Assembly: GCA_039091855.1 (NCBI GenBank)
Contig: JAWCLA010000019.1
Span: 1-13,085, forward strand
Source of the DNA: Candidatus Aenigmatarchaeota archaeon
Lineage (GTDB): Archaea; Aenigmatarchaeota; Aenigmatarchaeia; QMZP01
Length of the DNA: 13,085 nt
Direction of reading: 5' to 3'
Shown here: positions 1 to 8,048 of the stretch, in pieces
Numbering within the stretch: position 1 is the first letter of the stretch
How the letters are laid out: each line of letters opens with the position of its first letter
The notes under the pieces: generated by a model
The model's input: only the letters and a program-made list of their open reading frames with translations
What the model was told of the DNA's origin: nothing
The model's database searches: none
Made by a program: the position numbers and the translations under genes

Positions 1-111
1 AGACACGGCAGGACCAAGCTTGCACGTTCTCATAAAGCTTTTGGCAACCATAACGCTTGTTTTGGCGCCGCTTTTTGTATAAACCACCTTCGCTTTAACA
101 CTCAGTTCCAA
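1..111 (-). CDS. Possible 5' end of a CDS running off the left edge (unknown product)
   Basis: Open minus-strand frame from TTG at 111-109 reading (M)ELSVKAKVVYTKSGAKTSVMVAKSFMRTCKLGPAVS to the window edge. TTATAA at 135-140 lies about 25 nt upstream. Too short to assign a product. Confidence 0.4.
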   Translation of the reverse strand, partial: MELSVKAKVVYTKSGAKTSVMVAKSFMRTCKLGPAVS

Positions 112-256
112 CCCAATTTTATTCCCGAAAATACTTATAAGCGGAAGCGAATATGTTATCGACAATTCTAGATCAATGGATTTTTATCCTTTTTTTCATA
201 TAGCAAGTCGCAACACCTGCAAAAAGGTTTTTTAATTAAAACTCCAATTTTTCCAT

Positions 257-862
257 ATGTCGGCAGATTCTGAATGGAAAACAGTAAAGACAAAGATGTG
301 GGCACGGATAAAGGAAATTGAGAAGGCGGTTCCAAATTATGACTATTCTAGTCTTCACTCCATAATATCCACTGACGACAAGTTCACGGATTTTGTCCTT
401 TCAGAGCTAAGGAAATCCAAGAAGATTCTGTTTGACATCTTGGAAAATTCTTACGAGCAGCAAAAGGAGATGCTAACGAAGGACGTGCAGAAAATAAGGG
501 ATGACATAGACATATTCCTTGACAATGTTAAGATAAGGCAAATAAGATGGCCTGAAAAAATACCAGAAGAGTTCCTTGAAAAGATAGTTTTCCACGATTC
601 GGAACTCCTGAGGGAGATTCCAAAAATGAACTCTCTTCTCGAGGAGATAGAGAAAAATGTGCTTGAGATGGAGAAACCCGGCACCAGCCTTTTCGACAAG
701 GAGCAGCTCGAAAAGCTTAATGCTAAAATCTCGAATGCGAAAAGTCAGGCAGAGTTTCTTTTCAGGCTTTTCAAGGAAAGGGATCTTCTGCTCAACCTTA
801 AGCACATACACAGGGAAGATGTTTATGAGGAAACAAAATCGGAGATAGAGACAAGATTTTAA
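257..862 (+). CDS. Hypothetical protein, 201 aa, E/K-rich, predicted alpha-helical/coiled-coil
   Basis: Clean ATG-TAA ORF with an AT-rich TATA-like tract (TTTTTTAATTAAA, about 228-240) upstream. No recognisable motif. Confidence 0.8.
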   Translation: MSADSEWKTVKTKMWARIKEIEKAVPNYDYSSLHSIISTDDKFTDFVLSELRKSKKILFDILENSYEQQKEMLTKDVQKIRDDIDIFLDNVKIRQIRWPEKIPEEFLEKIVFHDSELLREIPKMNSLLEEIEKNVLEMEKPGTSLFDKEQLEKLNAKISNAKSQAEFLFRLFKERDLLLNLKHIHREDVYEETKSEIETRF

Positions 863-998
863 AATCTTATCCTTACTCTTTCCTCTCAAAAACAGCAATG
901 ACTGCCCAAAAGTTAAAAAATAACAAAAAATCAAGCACGACGACTTTAAACAATTGAATCAGTCGTCTTTCCAAAGAATCTGTCACAAGGCGAAATTT

Positions 999-1646
999 AT
1001 GAAGGCGCAGTTTTTTCCATACAAGGACGAGAACCCTTCAAGAAGCTTTCCAATAGTTATGATATTGCTTATTATAGTAAATTTTGTAATTTTTGCGTGG
1101 AGCCTCACGGATTTCGACAACATAATATCAACCTATGGATTCACCCCCATTTACTTTTCATTTTTCACAATCTTAACCTCAATGTTCCTTCACGGGGGTA
1201 TTGGGCACATAGCAGGAAATATGTGGTATCTATGGCTTTTCGGGGACAACGTTGAGGACAGGTTTGGAAAAATCAAATTCCTGATTTTTTACATATGCGC
1301 TGGATTTTTTGCTGCTTTTGTCCATTACATATCTGACCCTTTTTCTGAAATACCCGCGATAGGAGCTTCCGGCGCAATCTCAGGCGTCCTGGGCGCATAT
1401 ATGGCAATATTCCCGAGTGTGAGGGTAAAGACAATAGGTCCATTTTATCAAATATTTGAGATTCCAGCCTGGGCCCTTATTGGCTTTTGGTTTGTTCTGC
1501 AACTATTCTCTGGGATATTCACCATTATTGGCGGATTGGGAGGGGGAGGCATAGCTTTCTGGGCACACATTGGCGGTTTTATTTTTGGATGGATGACAGG
1601 AAAAATCTATAACAAGAGGCTTTGGGAATTTTTGTTAACAAAGTGA
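999..1646 (+). CDS. Rhomboid-family intramembrane serine protease
   Basis: Motifs MFLHGG..HIAGNM, GDNVED, catalytic GASG and AHIGG, with several TM helices. The ATG at 999 (MKAQFFPYKDENP) is preferred over the TTG at 954. Confidence 0.95.
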   Translation: MKAQFFPYKDENPSRSFPIVMILLIIVNFVIFAWSLTDFDNIISTYGFTPIYFSFFTILTSMFLHGGIGHIAGNMWYLWLFGDNVEDRFGKIKFLIFYICAGFFAAFVHYISDPFSEIPAIGASGAISGVLGAYMAIFPSVRVKTIGPFYQIFEIPAWALIGFWFVLQLFSGIFTIIGGLGGGGIAFWAHIGGFIFGWMTGKIYNKRLWEFLLTK

Positions 1647-1655
1647 TTGCTCACG

Positions 1656-1851
1656 ATTTCTCCCAAAGCAAAAGGCTTTCCCTTGTTATGCCAACCTTTT
1701 CCACGCGGTTCCTTGTGCACCATCGCAGAGGGCAAAGAAGGCTTCCGCCTTTCATGCCCTCTACCGAACTACTCCCTGTTATTTCTCCCAAAGCAAAAGG
1801 CTTTCCCTTGTTATGCCAACCTTTTCCACGCGGTTCCTTGTGCACCATCGC
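1656..1851. repeat. Perfect 71-bp direct repeat (1656-1726 and 1781-1851) separated by a 54-bp hairpin-containing spacer
   Basis: Both copies read ATTTCTCCCAAAGC...GTGCACCATCGC identically. The right copy is the 3' end of the methyltransferase gene. The spacer contains AGAGGGCA (1727-1734)/TGCCCTCT (1755-1762) closing AAGGC-TTCC-GCCTT. Confidence 0.97.
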
Positions 1852-2939
1852 TTGTTTAGGACTAAGATTTTTTCAACCTTGAATCCTAGGCATTCTGCCA
1901 TATTTGAAAGTATTATGTCCGAATCAACAACTCCTGTCGGGAAGCAGCCGTTTCCCACAACCATTCCAATTTTAGAACCTTTCTTGCAAACTCTAAACAT
2001 CTCCTCTATTGACTGGAACATATCAACGAAATAGGGGACAGATTCGAGGGGAAGCGATTTTGCTGTTTCGTAATCCAAAACCCTTTCAAGCTTGGGAATG
2101 TCTTTTTCAAGCCTGTTAAAGGAAACCCCAATGTACGAGCGCAGTGGAGGAAGATTTTGAACCTTGCTGAGAAACAGCTCCTGCTCTATCTCGTAAACCT
2201 TTGTGTACTCTATCTTATTAAGATATGGTGGAGATGTTATGACAGCATCTACTATTTCATCATCAATAGGCAGAGATCTTGCATCTCCAAAAGAAGAGGA
2301 TATTTCGCACCTTTCTGTTTTTATTTTTTCCAAATCATTCACCATCCTGAAAAGCTGCCTCCTCAACATGTCCCTTAGCGGTGGAATGGGTTTTTTCATC
2401 ACCTTTATAACCGCCCCGTCCTTGTGTGCATAGCTGCATTTTATTGAAGCATTCATCAACCCAAGGATAAGGAAATCCCTCACCTTTCTGTCAGAATTTT
2501 CAAGAATTATGTCCCTGAAAAAAACCACGTCCTCCAGAACCTTTCTTGGAAAAACCCTCCTGACAATAGAGGATTCTGGCAGGTTTTTTGGCGGCTTGAA
2601 CTTCGCCTTAATGAGGTTTTTTATTTCCTGTTTCAAAATCCCCGTCTCATAATCTCTTGTCTTGACCTGTGAAGCAAAGACGGCAACAGGGTGAACGTCA
2701 AAGCCAAAAGAATTTATTCCCATCTCCTTGCAGGCTAGAAGCGTTGTACCGACCCCGCAAAAAGGGTCAAGGACAAGCATACCCCCTTTAAGCGAAAACG
2801 TTTTGATAAGTTTTAATACAAGCTCCCTTGAGAAGCCCTCCTTGTAGTAAAGCCAGTTATAAACGGGCTCTTTCTTGTTCGGAACGAAGGTTGCAAGCGG
2901 CCCCCACTCAGTTTTCTCAACTATCCTGTATTGAGCCAT
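1779..2939 (-). CDS. Amino-DNA methyltransferase (probably N4-cytosine, alpha-type motif order), orphan
   Basis: SAM-binding motif I VLDPFCGVGTT lies near the N-terminus, catalytic motif IV VITSPPY later, and there is an N-terminal WLYYKEGFS segment. The ATG at 2939 (MAQYRIV) avoids overlap with marC. Confidence 0.88.
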   Translation of the reverse strand: MAQYRIVEKTEWGPLATFVPNKKEPVYNWLYYKEGFSRELVLKLIKTFSLKGGMLVLDPFCGVGTTLLACKEMGINSFGFDVHPVAVFASQVKTRDYETGILKQEIKNLIKAKFKPPKNLPESSIVRRVFPRKVLEDVVFFRDIILENSDRKVRDFLILGLMNASIKCSYAHKDGAVIKVMKKPIPPLRDMLRRQLFRMVNDLEKIKTERCEISSSFGDARSLPIDDEIVDAVITSPPYLNKIEYTKVYEIEQELFLSKVQNLPPLRSYIGVSFNRLEKDIPKLERVLDYETAKSLPLESVPYFVDMFQSIEEMFRVCKKGSKIGMVVGNGCFPTGVVDSDIILSNMAECLGFKVEKILVLNKRWCTRNRVEKVGITRESLLLWEK

Positions 2940-2976
2940 ACAGTTATTTAATATACATAGGAATAAAATAATTAAT
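2940..2976. promoter_or_regulatory. Very short AT-rich divergent promoter region (methyltransferase / marC)
   Basis: Only 37 bp lie between the divergent ATGs. The region contains TTATTTAATATA and AATAAAATAATTAAT, with no SD-like motif, which is consistent with leaderless transcripts. Confidence 0.5.
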
Positions 2977-3567
2977 ATGCCTCTGGATTTCCTCACAGTT
3001 CTCGTTTCTATGTTTGTCATAATAGACCCGTTGATAGCGATTCCTACCTTTATTGCGCTTTTTGGAAAGTCAGAAAGGAAAATTCAGAAAAAAGCAGCCC
3101 TGGAGGCAAGCATTGCAGCCCTTCTCATTTTGATTGCCTTTTCACTTCTTGGAACAGCAATTCTGGAAAGAATGAGCATATCGCTTCCAGCCTTTATGGT
3201 GGCAGGGGGAATTCTGCTTCTCTACTTGTCATTTGAATTTATTAGGGGAGAACTCCCAAAAAGCAGGACTGTGGAAAAGGACCCTGCTGATGTGGTAGTT
3301 CCTATTGCCACTCCTCTTCTTGCAGGGCCAGGGGCAATAACAACAAGCATATACTTCACTCACGTTTACGGCTCATCAATAACGCTGGCCGCAATATTTT
3401 TCGTGTGCTTCTTTTGCTTCTTCTTCCTTTACTACAGCACGAGAATACTGAAAATAGTAGGAAAAAATGGGCTAAAGATATTCACGAGGATAATGGGCTT
3501 TCTAACAGCTGGAATCGCAATAAGCCTGATGGAAAAGGCATTAATATATTGGGGATTAATAGTTTAG
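2977..3567 (+). CDS. marC: MarC family integral membrane protein
   Basis: Motifs MFVIIDP..IP.F, AFMVAGGILL, VVPIATPLLAGPGAIT and G.NGL.IFTRIMG, with six hydrophobic segments. Confidence 0.93.
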   Translation: MPLDFLTVLVSMFVIIDPLIAIPTFIALFGKSERKIQKKAALEASIAALLILIAFSLLGTAILERMSISLPAFMVAGGILLLYLSFEFIRGELPKSRTVEKDPADVVVPIATPLLAGPGAITTSIYFTHVYGSSITLAAIFFVCFFCFFFLYYSTRILKIVGKNGLKIFTRIMGFLTAGIAISLMEKALIYWGLIV

Positions 3568-3649
3568 AGTTTTTTAATGCACATTTAGGTGATTATCCTT
3601 GCTTTTAAATTGCAAAGATATATCCCTAACAACAGCCTTTAATAGTCAT

Positions 3650-3970
3650 TTACGCAATCGCTGCATTTTGTGGAGCTATTATAAGCCACTCGTCATCCAC
3701 AAGCGATATGCTTGAGCCGTTCTGAACGCATATCTTGTTTATCTTGGCTACTGCCTGCTTCAACTCGTCCATATTAGTTTGCTTCATTGTTTTTAACCCC
3801 ACAAAAACTATGTTGTTTGCTCTTATGCTCTTGGCAATCCTGTCAGTCTCTGAGAACCTTTGCAGGCTATGAACAACTATTTTGGCAGTTTTTGGAGATT
3901 GCTGTTCAATGTTAAGTTCTACATACTCATTTCCGTCTTCCTGCCTTTTCATTCTTTCACCCAATGCCAT
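3650..3970 (-). CDS. sepF: SepF-like cell-division domain with its own probable internal start
   Basis: MALGERMK...EYVEL...SLQRFSETDRIAKSIRANNIVFVGL...DELKQAVAKINKIC..NGSSISLVDDEWLIIAP fits the archaeal SepF pattern. The SD-like GGGGTG (3982-3977) lies 6 nt before the ATG at 3970. Confidence 0.75.
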   Translation of the reverse strand: MALGERMKRQEDGNEYVELNIEQQSPKTAKIVVHSLQRFSETDRIAKSIRANNIVFVGLKTMKQTNMDELKQAVAKINKICVQNGSSISLVDDEWLIIAPQNAAIA

Positions 3971-5758
3971 TTTATGCACCCCTTCCTTTTTCAATCCCGC
4001 TGGGTAAGAATCTCGGGGAGATATTTTTATTGGAGAAACTCCAAGATGAGCAAAAATCCTTTCTGCAGCGAACCTGTTTTTAGCTTCCCTTTCCTCCCTG
4101 TGGAAATTTTTTTTGGATATTTTTATCCTGCTATTATTTAGTCCAAGGATGCTTTTAATCTTGACGCCGTAGGGATAGCGGAAGGCGTTAGTTATTGCGT
4201 GTTCGATTCCTTTTGCAGGACCTACTGCAACAGACTCCCAAAACACATATCTTACTGGAACATACTCCTTTGCCTCTACATCAGGGATTTTTGCAAGCAA
4301 TACCAGGGAACAAACCCTTACAAAAAAGGAAACAAGGAAAACTGCCTGGATTCCTGAAAGCAAAAGGTATCCTGACTCTAGGTGTTGGGAAAGATACGCG
4401 CCAAACAAAGCGCCGATAACCGTTCCTGCTCCAGCTATTAGGTTGTGGTTTGCGACAAAACCGGGCCTTTTTTCAGGAGGCGTGATGGAAAGCAGGTAGT
4501 TGAACACCACAAGGTCAAAGCATCCCCACACGAAACCGTCGTAGATTTTTACCAAAACAAGATGCCAGACATTGGAAGAAAACATATACCAAAGTGGAAT
4601 GAAGCATATAAGAATTCCGGAAACCACTAGAATCTTCCTTGTGCCATACCTGTCACACATATTTCCCCAATACTTCATTGAAACTATCTGAATAAGCGCC
4701 CCTATTGAAACAAGCACAGCGAACGAGCCGTATCCTATGTTCATATCCTTTAGCATATAAACAGCAATGAATGGAGCTCCTATGTTGACCCCAAAGTTAA
4801 CAACAAACATATAAATGGTAAAGAGTGCAAAATTCTTGTTTAGCTTTATCTGGCAGACAAGATCGCTCAGATTAAGGTTTATCCTGTAATGATACATTCT
4901 TTCCTGACTCAATTTGGGTTCACTTATCCTGATAAAGAAAAGAATAGAAAAAGCTGACAGCAAGACCGCAATAAAAAATATAACAGAAAACCCTAAATAG
5001 AAAACCAAAACACCTGATGCTATTGTTGCTAACATTCCAGCTGCCCCTATTATCATGTTCCTCTTTCCAAAATACCTGCCCCTTATGTTTTGCGGTACTA
5101 TGTCTCCCATCATGCTTGACCAGGCAGGGCTTTTCATCGTGCTGAAAAAACTAACAAGGCATAAGATTCCTATCGTGAGCCATACAGCAAAGGAACCTGA
5201 AAGAAAAAGTCCTATGAATATCAAGGGAAGCAAGAAGACTCTGGACAGGATTGTGCATAATGACCACACTTTCTTTCTGCTCATATATCTTATTAACCTG
5301 GCTCCGGGAACCTGCGAGATTATACCTGCAAGATTTTGGAAGGAATTTAAAATCCCTATCTCGGCATTGGTTGCATTAAGGGAAAGAGCAAAAGGCGTTG
5401 AGTAAGAATTTATTATAGAGCTGGACGCGTTTGTAAATACACCTTCAAAAACAGAGTTGTCAAGGTCTTTCCTTAAGACATCTTTTTGCGTTTTTTTGCT
5501 TGCTCTGGTTTTCTCCCTTTCCTGCTTTTCATCAAGCTTTATTAAATTCAGGCCAATTTTCCTGTCCTTTGAGTTTCCGCCTCCATCCCTATTTTGTGAA
5601 CCTGCCGCAGTCTTATCTTCACCTTTTGGGCCCAATCTCACAATCTTTACGTCTTTGATCTCGCCTCTTTGGATACTCTCCCCGTCCTGCAAAACTGTCC
5701 GGTAAGTTTCGCTTTCATCCATCCTCGGCTCATCAACCTTTGATTGCGTATCATTCAT
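3650..5758 (-). CDS. MFS transporter with charged N-terminal extension, fused in frame to a C-terminal SepF-like domain
   Basis: 12-TM MFS core with WSSMMGDIVPQNIRGRYFG and WGNMCDRYGTRK motifs (about 5480-4280). The last 106 aa resemble archaeal SepF. Start is either 5758 (GGGTGGAGGT immediately upstream) or 5791. Confidence 0.85.
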   Translation of the reverse strand: MNDTQSKVDEPRMDESETYRTVLQDGESIQRGEIKDVKIVRLGPKGEDKTAAGSQNRDGGGNSKDRKIGLNLIKLDEKQEREKTRASKKTQKDVLRKDLDNSVFEGVFTNASSSIINSYSTPFALSLNATNAEIGILNSFQNLAGIISQVPGARLIRYMSRKKVWSLCTILSRVFLLPLIFIGLFLSGSFAVWLTIGILCLVSFFSTMKSPAWSSMMGDIVPQNIRGRYFGKRNMIIGAAGMLATIASGVLVFYLGFSVIFFIAVLLSAFSILFFIRISEPKLSQERMYHYRINLNLSDLVCQIKLNKNFALFTIYMFVVNFGVNIGAPFIAVYMLKDMNIGYGSFAVLVSIGALIQIVSMKYWGNMCDRYGTRKILVVSGILICFIPLWYMFSSNVWHLVLVKIYDGFVWGCFDLVVFNYLLSITPPEKRPGFVANHNLIAGAGTVIGALFGAYLSQHLESGYLLLSGIQAVFLVSFFVRVCSLVLLAKIPDVEAKEYVPVRYVFWESVAVGPAKGIEHAITNAFRYPYGVKIKSILGLNNSRIKISKKNFHREEREAKNRFAAERIFAHLGVSPIKISPRDSYPAGLKKEGVHKMALGERMKRQEDGNEYVELNIEQQSPKTAKIVVHSLQRFSETDRIAKSIRANNIVFVGLKTMKQTNMDELKQAVAKINKICVQNGSSISLVDDEWLIIAPQNAAIA

Positions 5759-6036
5759 ACCTCCACCCGATACGTATAAGCGGCTGTTCATTACACTCGG
5801 GGGGCGGGCTGCCGCTTCGGGAGAGGGTTTTTAATTTAAACTTTAGTAGCCCTTGCATTAAAGACAGGCTGTATTTTGTCCTGCTGTTTGCAAGGATTTA
5901 AAGCATATTCTAATCCGCGCAGAAAGAGAGGGAATTTTATCAAGGTAAATACATAATTATATTATATATGAACCTATTTATATATCCATCATTACTATAC
6001 AGATAACTTTTTAAAGCCAAAATTCAACAGACTGAC

Positions 6037-6237
6037 ATGACAAACGGGGAAGAAAGGGAAGAGCAGAAACCTGAAACCATAACAACTACAATAGAGGTTG
6101 AGAAGGAGCTTTTTTTGAAATTTAAGGCCCTCTGCGTCCTGAAAGAGCTTAAAATATCCAGCGAGATAGAGAGACTGATAAGAAGGCGGGTTGAAGAGCT
6201 TTCAGAGGGGATAGAATTGCCTAAGAAAGAAGAGTGA
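6037..6237 (+). CDS. Small ribbon-helix-helix (CopG/ParG-like) DNA-binding protein
   Basis: TTTIEVEKELFLKFKALC...ISSEIERLIRR shows the strand-helix-helix pattern of RHH proteins. A TTTTTAAA box lies about 25 nt upstream. Confidence 0.7.
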   Translation: MTNGEEREEQKPETITTTIEVEKELFLKFKALCVLKELKISSEIERLIRRRVEELSEGIELPKKEE

Positions 6238-6250
6238 AAAATCCTATTGT

Positions 6251-6284
6251 AAAAATCTTCCCTGAAAGATTTTCAGGATTTTTT
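6251..6284 (+). terminator. Hairpin plus T-tract downstream of the RHH gene (terminator and/or operator)
   Basis: CCTGAAA (6261-6267)-GAT-TTTCAGG (6271-6277) followed by ATTTTTT. Confidence 0.45.
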
Positions 6285-6394
6285 ACCGAAAAGCGAAGTA
6301 AAAGCAAAAATATTTTTATACCAAATACAATAAATAATTAATTAGTTCTTCAAACCTAAAATTTCAGGCAATTTAAAAAAGTTCTTATCTAGAA

Positions 6395-7420
6395 ATGCGG
6401 GTCGGAATAATTTATGACAGGGGAGCGAAGTTAAAAACAGAGCACGATTTTATCTCAGCGTCAGCTATAAAGAGCGATGTGGATTCTGTCAGGAGAGTTA
6501 TTAAATCTATAGGATACGAACCTGTTATAATACCACTTGAGATTGACGGCTCTGACATAAAATACCAGATGTGCAGGTTTTTCAACAGGATAAAGAACTC
6601 AAACGTTGATGTTGTTTTCAACCTTTGCGAGGACATAAACGGAAACAGCCAGAACGAGATAAACATACCCGCTGTGCTGAACCTTCTGGAAATCCCGTAC
6701 ACAGGCTCTGACATATTCAGCCTTGCAATGACAAATGACAAGCAGAAGGCAAAGCACATAATGGTAAGGGAAGGCATACCCACCCCAAGGTACAGGGTTT
6801 TTTACAGCACAAAAAGAATAAGCTATCCGCTGAAATTTCCCGCGATAGTTAAGCCGAACAATGAAGACGGGAGCTTTGGTATAGACAGCGGCGCTGTTGT
6901 GAAAAATGTTGACGAGCTCAGGCAAAGGGTTTCTTTTGTTCTTGAAAAATTCAGGCAGCCTGCACTCGTTGAAGAATATGTTGAAGGGAGAGAGTTCAAT
7001 GTCTCTGTTTTCGGAAATCACCCTGAAATCGAGGTATTGCCGATTTCGGAAATTCTTTTTGATGATTTTCCCGAAGGCAAGCCAAAAATTGCCGACTATA
7101 ATGCAAAATGGATTGAAGGCAGCTTCGAGTATGTCCACACTCCTGTGAAATGCCCTGCTGAAATAGAAAAAGAGCTGGAGGAAAAAATAAGGAAAATCGC
7201 GATTAAGTGCGCGATGGTTTTCAGGTTCAGGGACTACGGAAGGGTTGACATAAGGGTCAGCCAGAACGGAAAGCCTTTCGTCATAGAGGTTAACGCGAAC
7301 CCCGACATTTCACCAAAGGCAGGGTTCATGAGGTCGTTTTTCGCGAGCGGAAGGACTTACGAGGATTTTATGAGAAGCGTGCTGAAATGGGCGGTTGAAA
7401 GGAAGGGAATTAATTCATAA
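6395..7420 (+). CDS. D-alanine-D-alanine ligase-like ATP-grasp protein
   Basis: Motifs VVFNLCE, IPYTGS, DKQKAK, GIPTP, AIVKPNNEDGSFGI, LVEEYVEGREF, DYGRVDIR and IEVNANP. It lacks the N-terminal GGxSxE motif of canonical Ddl. Confidence 0.9.
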   Translation: MRVGIIYDRGAKLKTEHDFISASAIKSDVDSVRRVIKSIGYEPVIIPLEIDGSDIKYQMCRFFNRIKNSNVDVVFNLCEDINGNSQNEINIPAVLNLLEIPYTGSDIFSLAMTNDKQKAKHIMVREGIPTPRYRVFYSTKRISYPLKFPAIVKPNNEDGSFGIDSGAVVKNVDELRQRVSFVLEKFRQPALVEEYVEGREFNVSVFGNHPEIEVLPISEILFDDFPEGKPKIADYNAKWIEGSFEYVHTPVKCPAEIEKELEEKIRKIAIKCAMVFRFRDYGRVDIRVSQNGKPFVIEVNANPDISPKAGFMRSFFASGRTYEDFMRSVLKWAVERKGINS

Positions 7421-7468
7421 GTTTTTAAATTTTTTTACGAGGATTTCAAAACAAACATTACTAATGGT

Positions 7469-8044
7469 TTACTTTTCTTTCACCTTTGTGTTGACTTGCC
7501 TGATGATGCCTTCAACCCTTTCCTTGTTTCTTGACCATATGTATCCCAATGAGATGAAGAGTATTCCAAAGGGCTGAAGTATGAAAAATAATATAATAAA
7601 AACTATTTCAGATGGCAAAAACAGATAGTTATTAAAGATAAACAAGACCAATGCAAGCAAAAGGATTGTTATGCCAAACAGGAAAGAAGATATTGGGGTC
7701 AATCGCGCATTTTTTAGCCTTATTATCCACCTTATAGTGAACTCATCAATATAATCTTTTGGATACTCTCCACCTTCTTCTGTATGAAATCTGTGTAGAA
7801 TAACAAGAGATGATATAAAAACTATCGAAAACAGAAATGCAGTAAAAATGAAAAGATAATTTTCACCAAACCCTAATATAAAATTTCCAAACAATAGCAT
7901 AGAAATCAATACAGGAACAATTACAGACAAAATTAGAACCCCGGTCTTTGACACTCTCTTTAACTCCTTTAATCCACCTGTATAAACGGACACTACAATA
8001 ATACCTATAACCAAGGATATTATTACAAACAGAAAATCAACCAT
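7469..8044 (-). CDS. Hypothetical membrane protein (about 5 TM helices)
   Basis: Strongly hydrophobic, AT-rich ORF. The ATG at 8044 (MVDFLF) lies 4 nt after the gatE stop. Confidence 0.75.
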   Translation of the reverse strand: MVDFLFVIISLVIGIIVVSVYTGGLKELKRVSKTGVLILSVIVPVLISMLLFGNFILGFGENYLFIFTAFLFSIVFISSLVILHRFHTEEGGEYPKDYIDEFTIRWIIRLKNARLTPISSFLFGITILLLALVLFIFNNYLFLPSEIVFIILFFILQPFGILFISLGYIWSRNKERVEGIIRQVNTKVKEK

Positions 8045-8048
8045 AGAA

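Noticed and set aside
1727-1762. Archaeal SECIS element in the methyltransferase 3' UTR
   Set aside because: The gene has no in-frame TGA and the hairpin does not show the GAA/A internal-loop geometry.
1656-1851. Diversity-generating retroelement (TR/VR pair with hairpin)
   Set aside because: The copies are identical with no adenine-specific mismatches, there is no reverse transcriptase in the window, and the target is not a ligand-binding fold.
1656-1851. CRISPR array (also considered for 12090-12178)
   Set aside because: There are only two copies in each case, the 71-bp unit is coding sequence, the 22-bp unit is inside a tRNA intron, and no cas genes are present.
1622-1882. Short ORFs 1622-1882, 1647-1859 and 1651-1848
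   Set aside because: These are by-products of the 71-bp duplication read in alternative frames.
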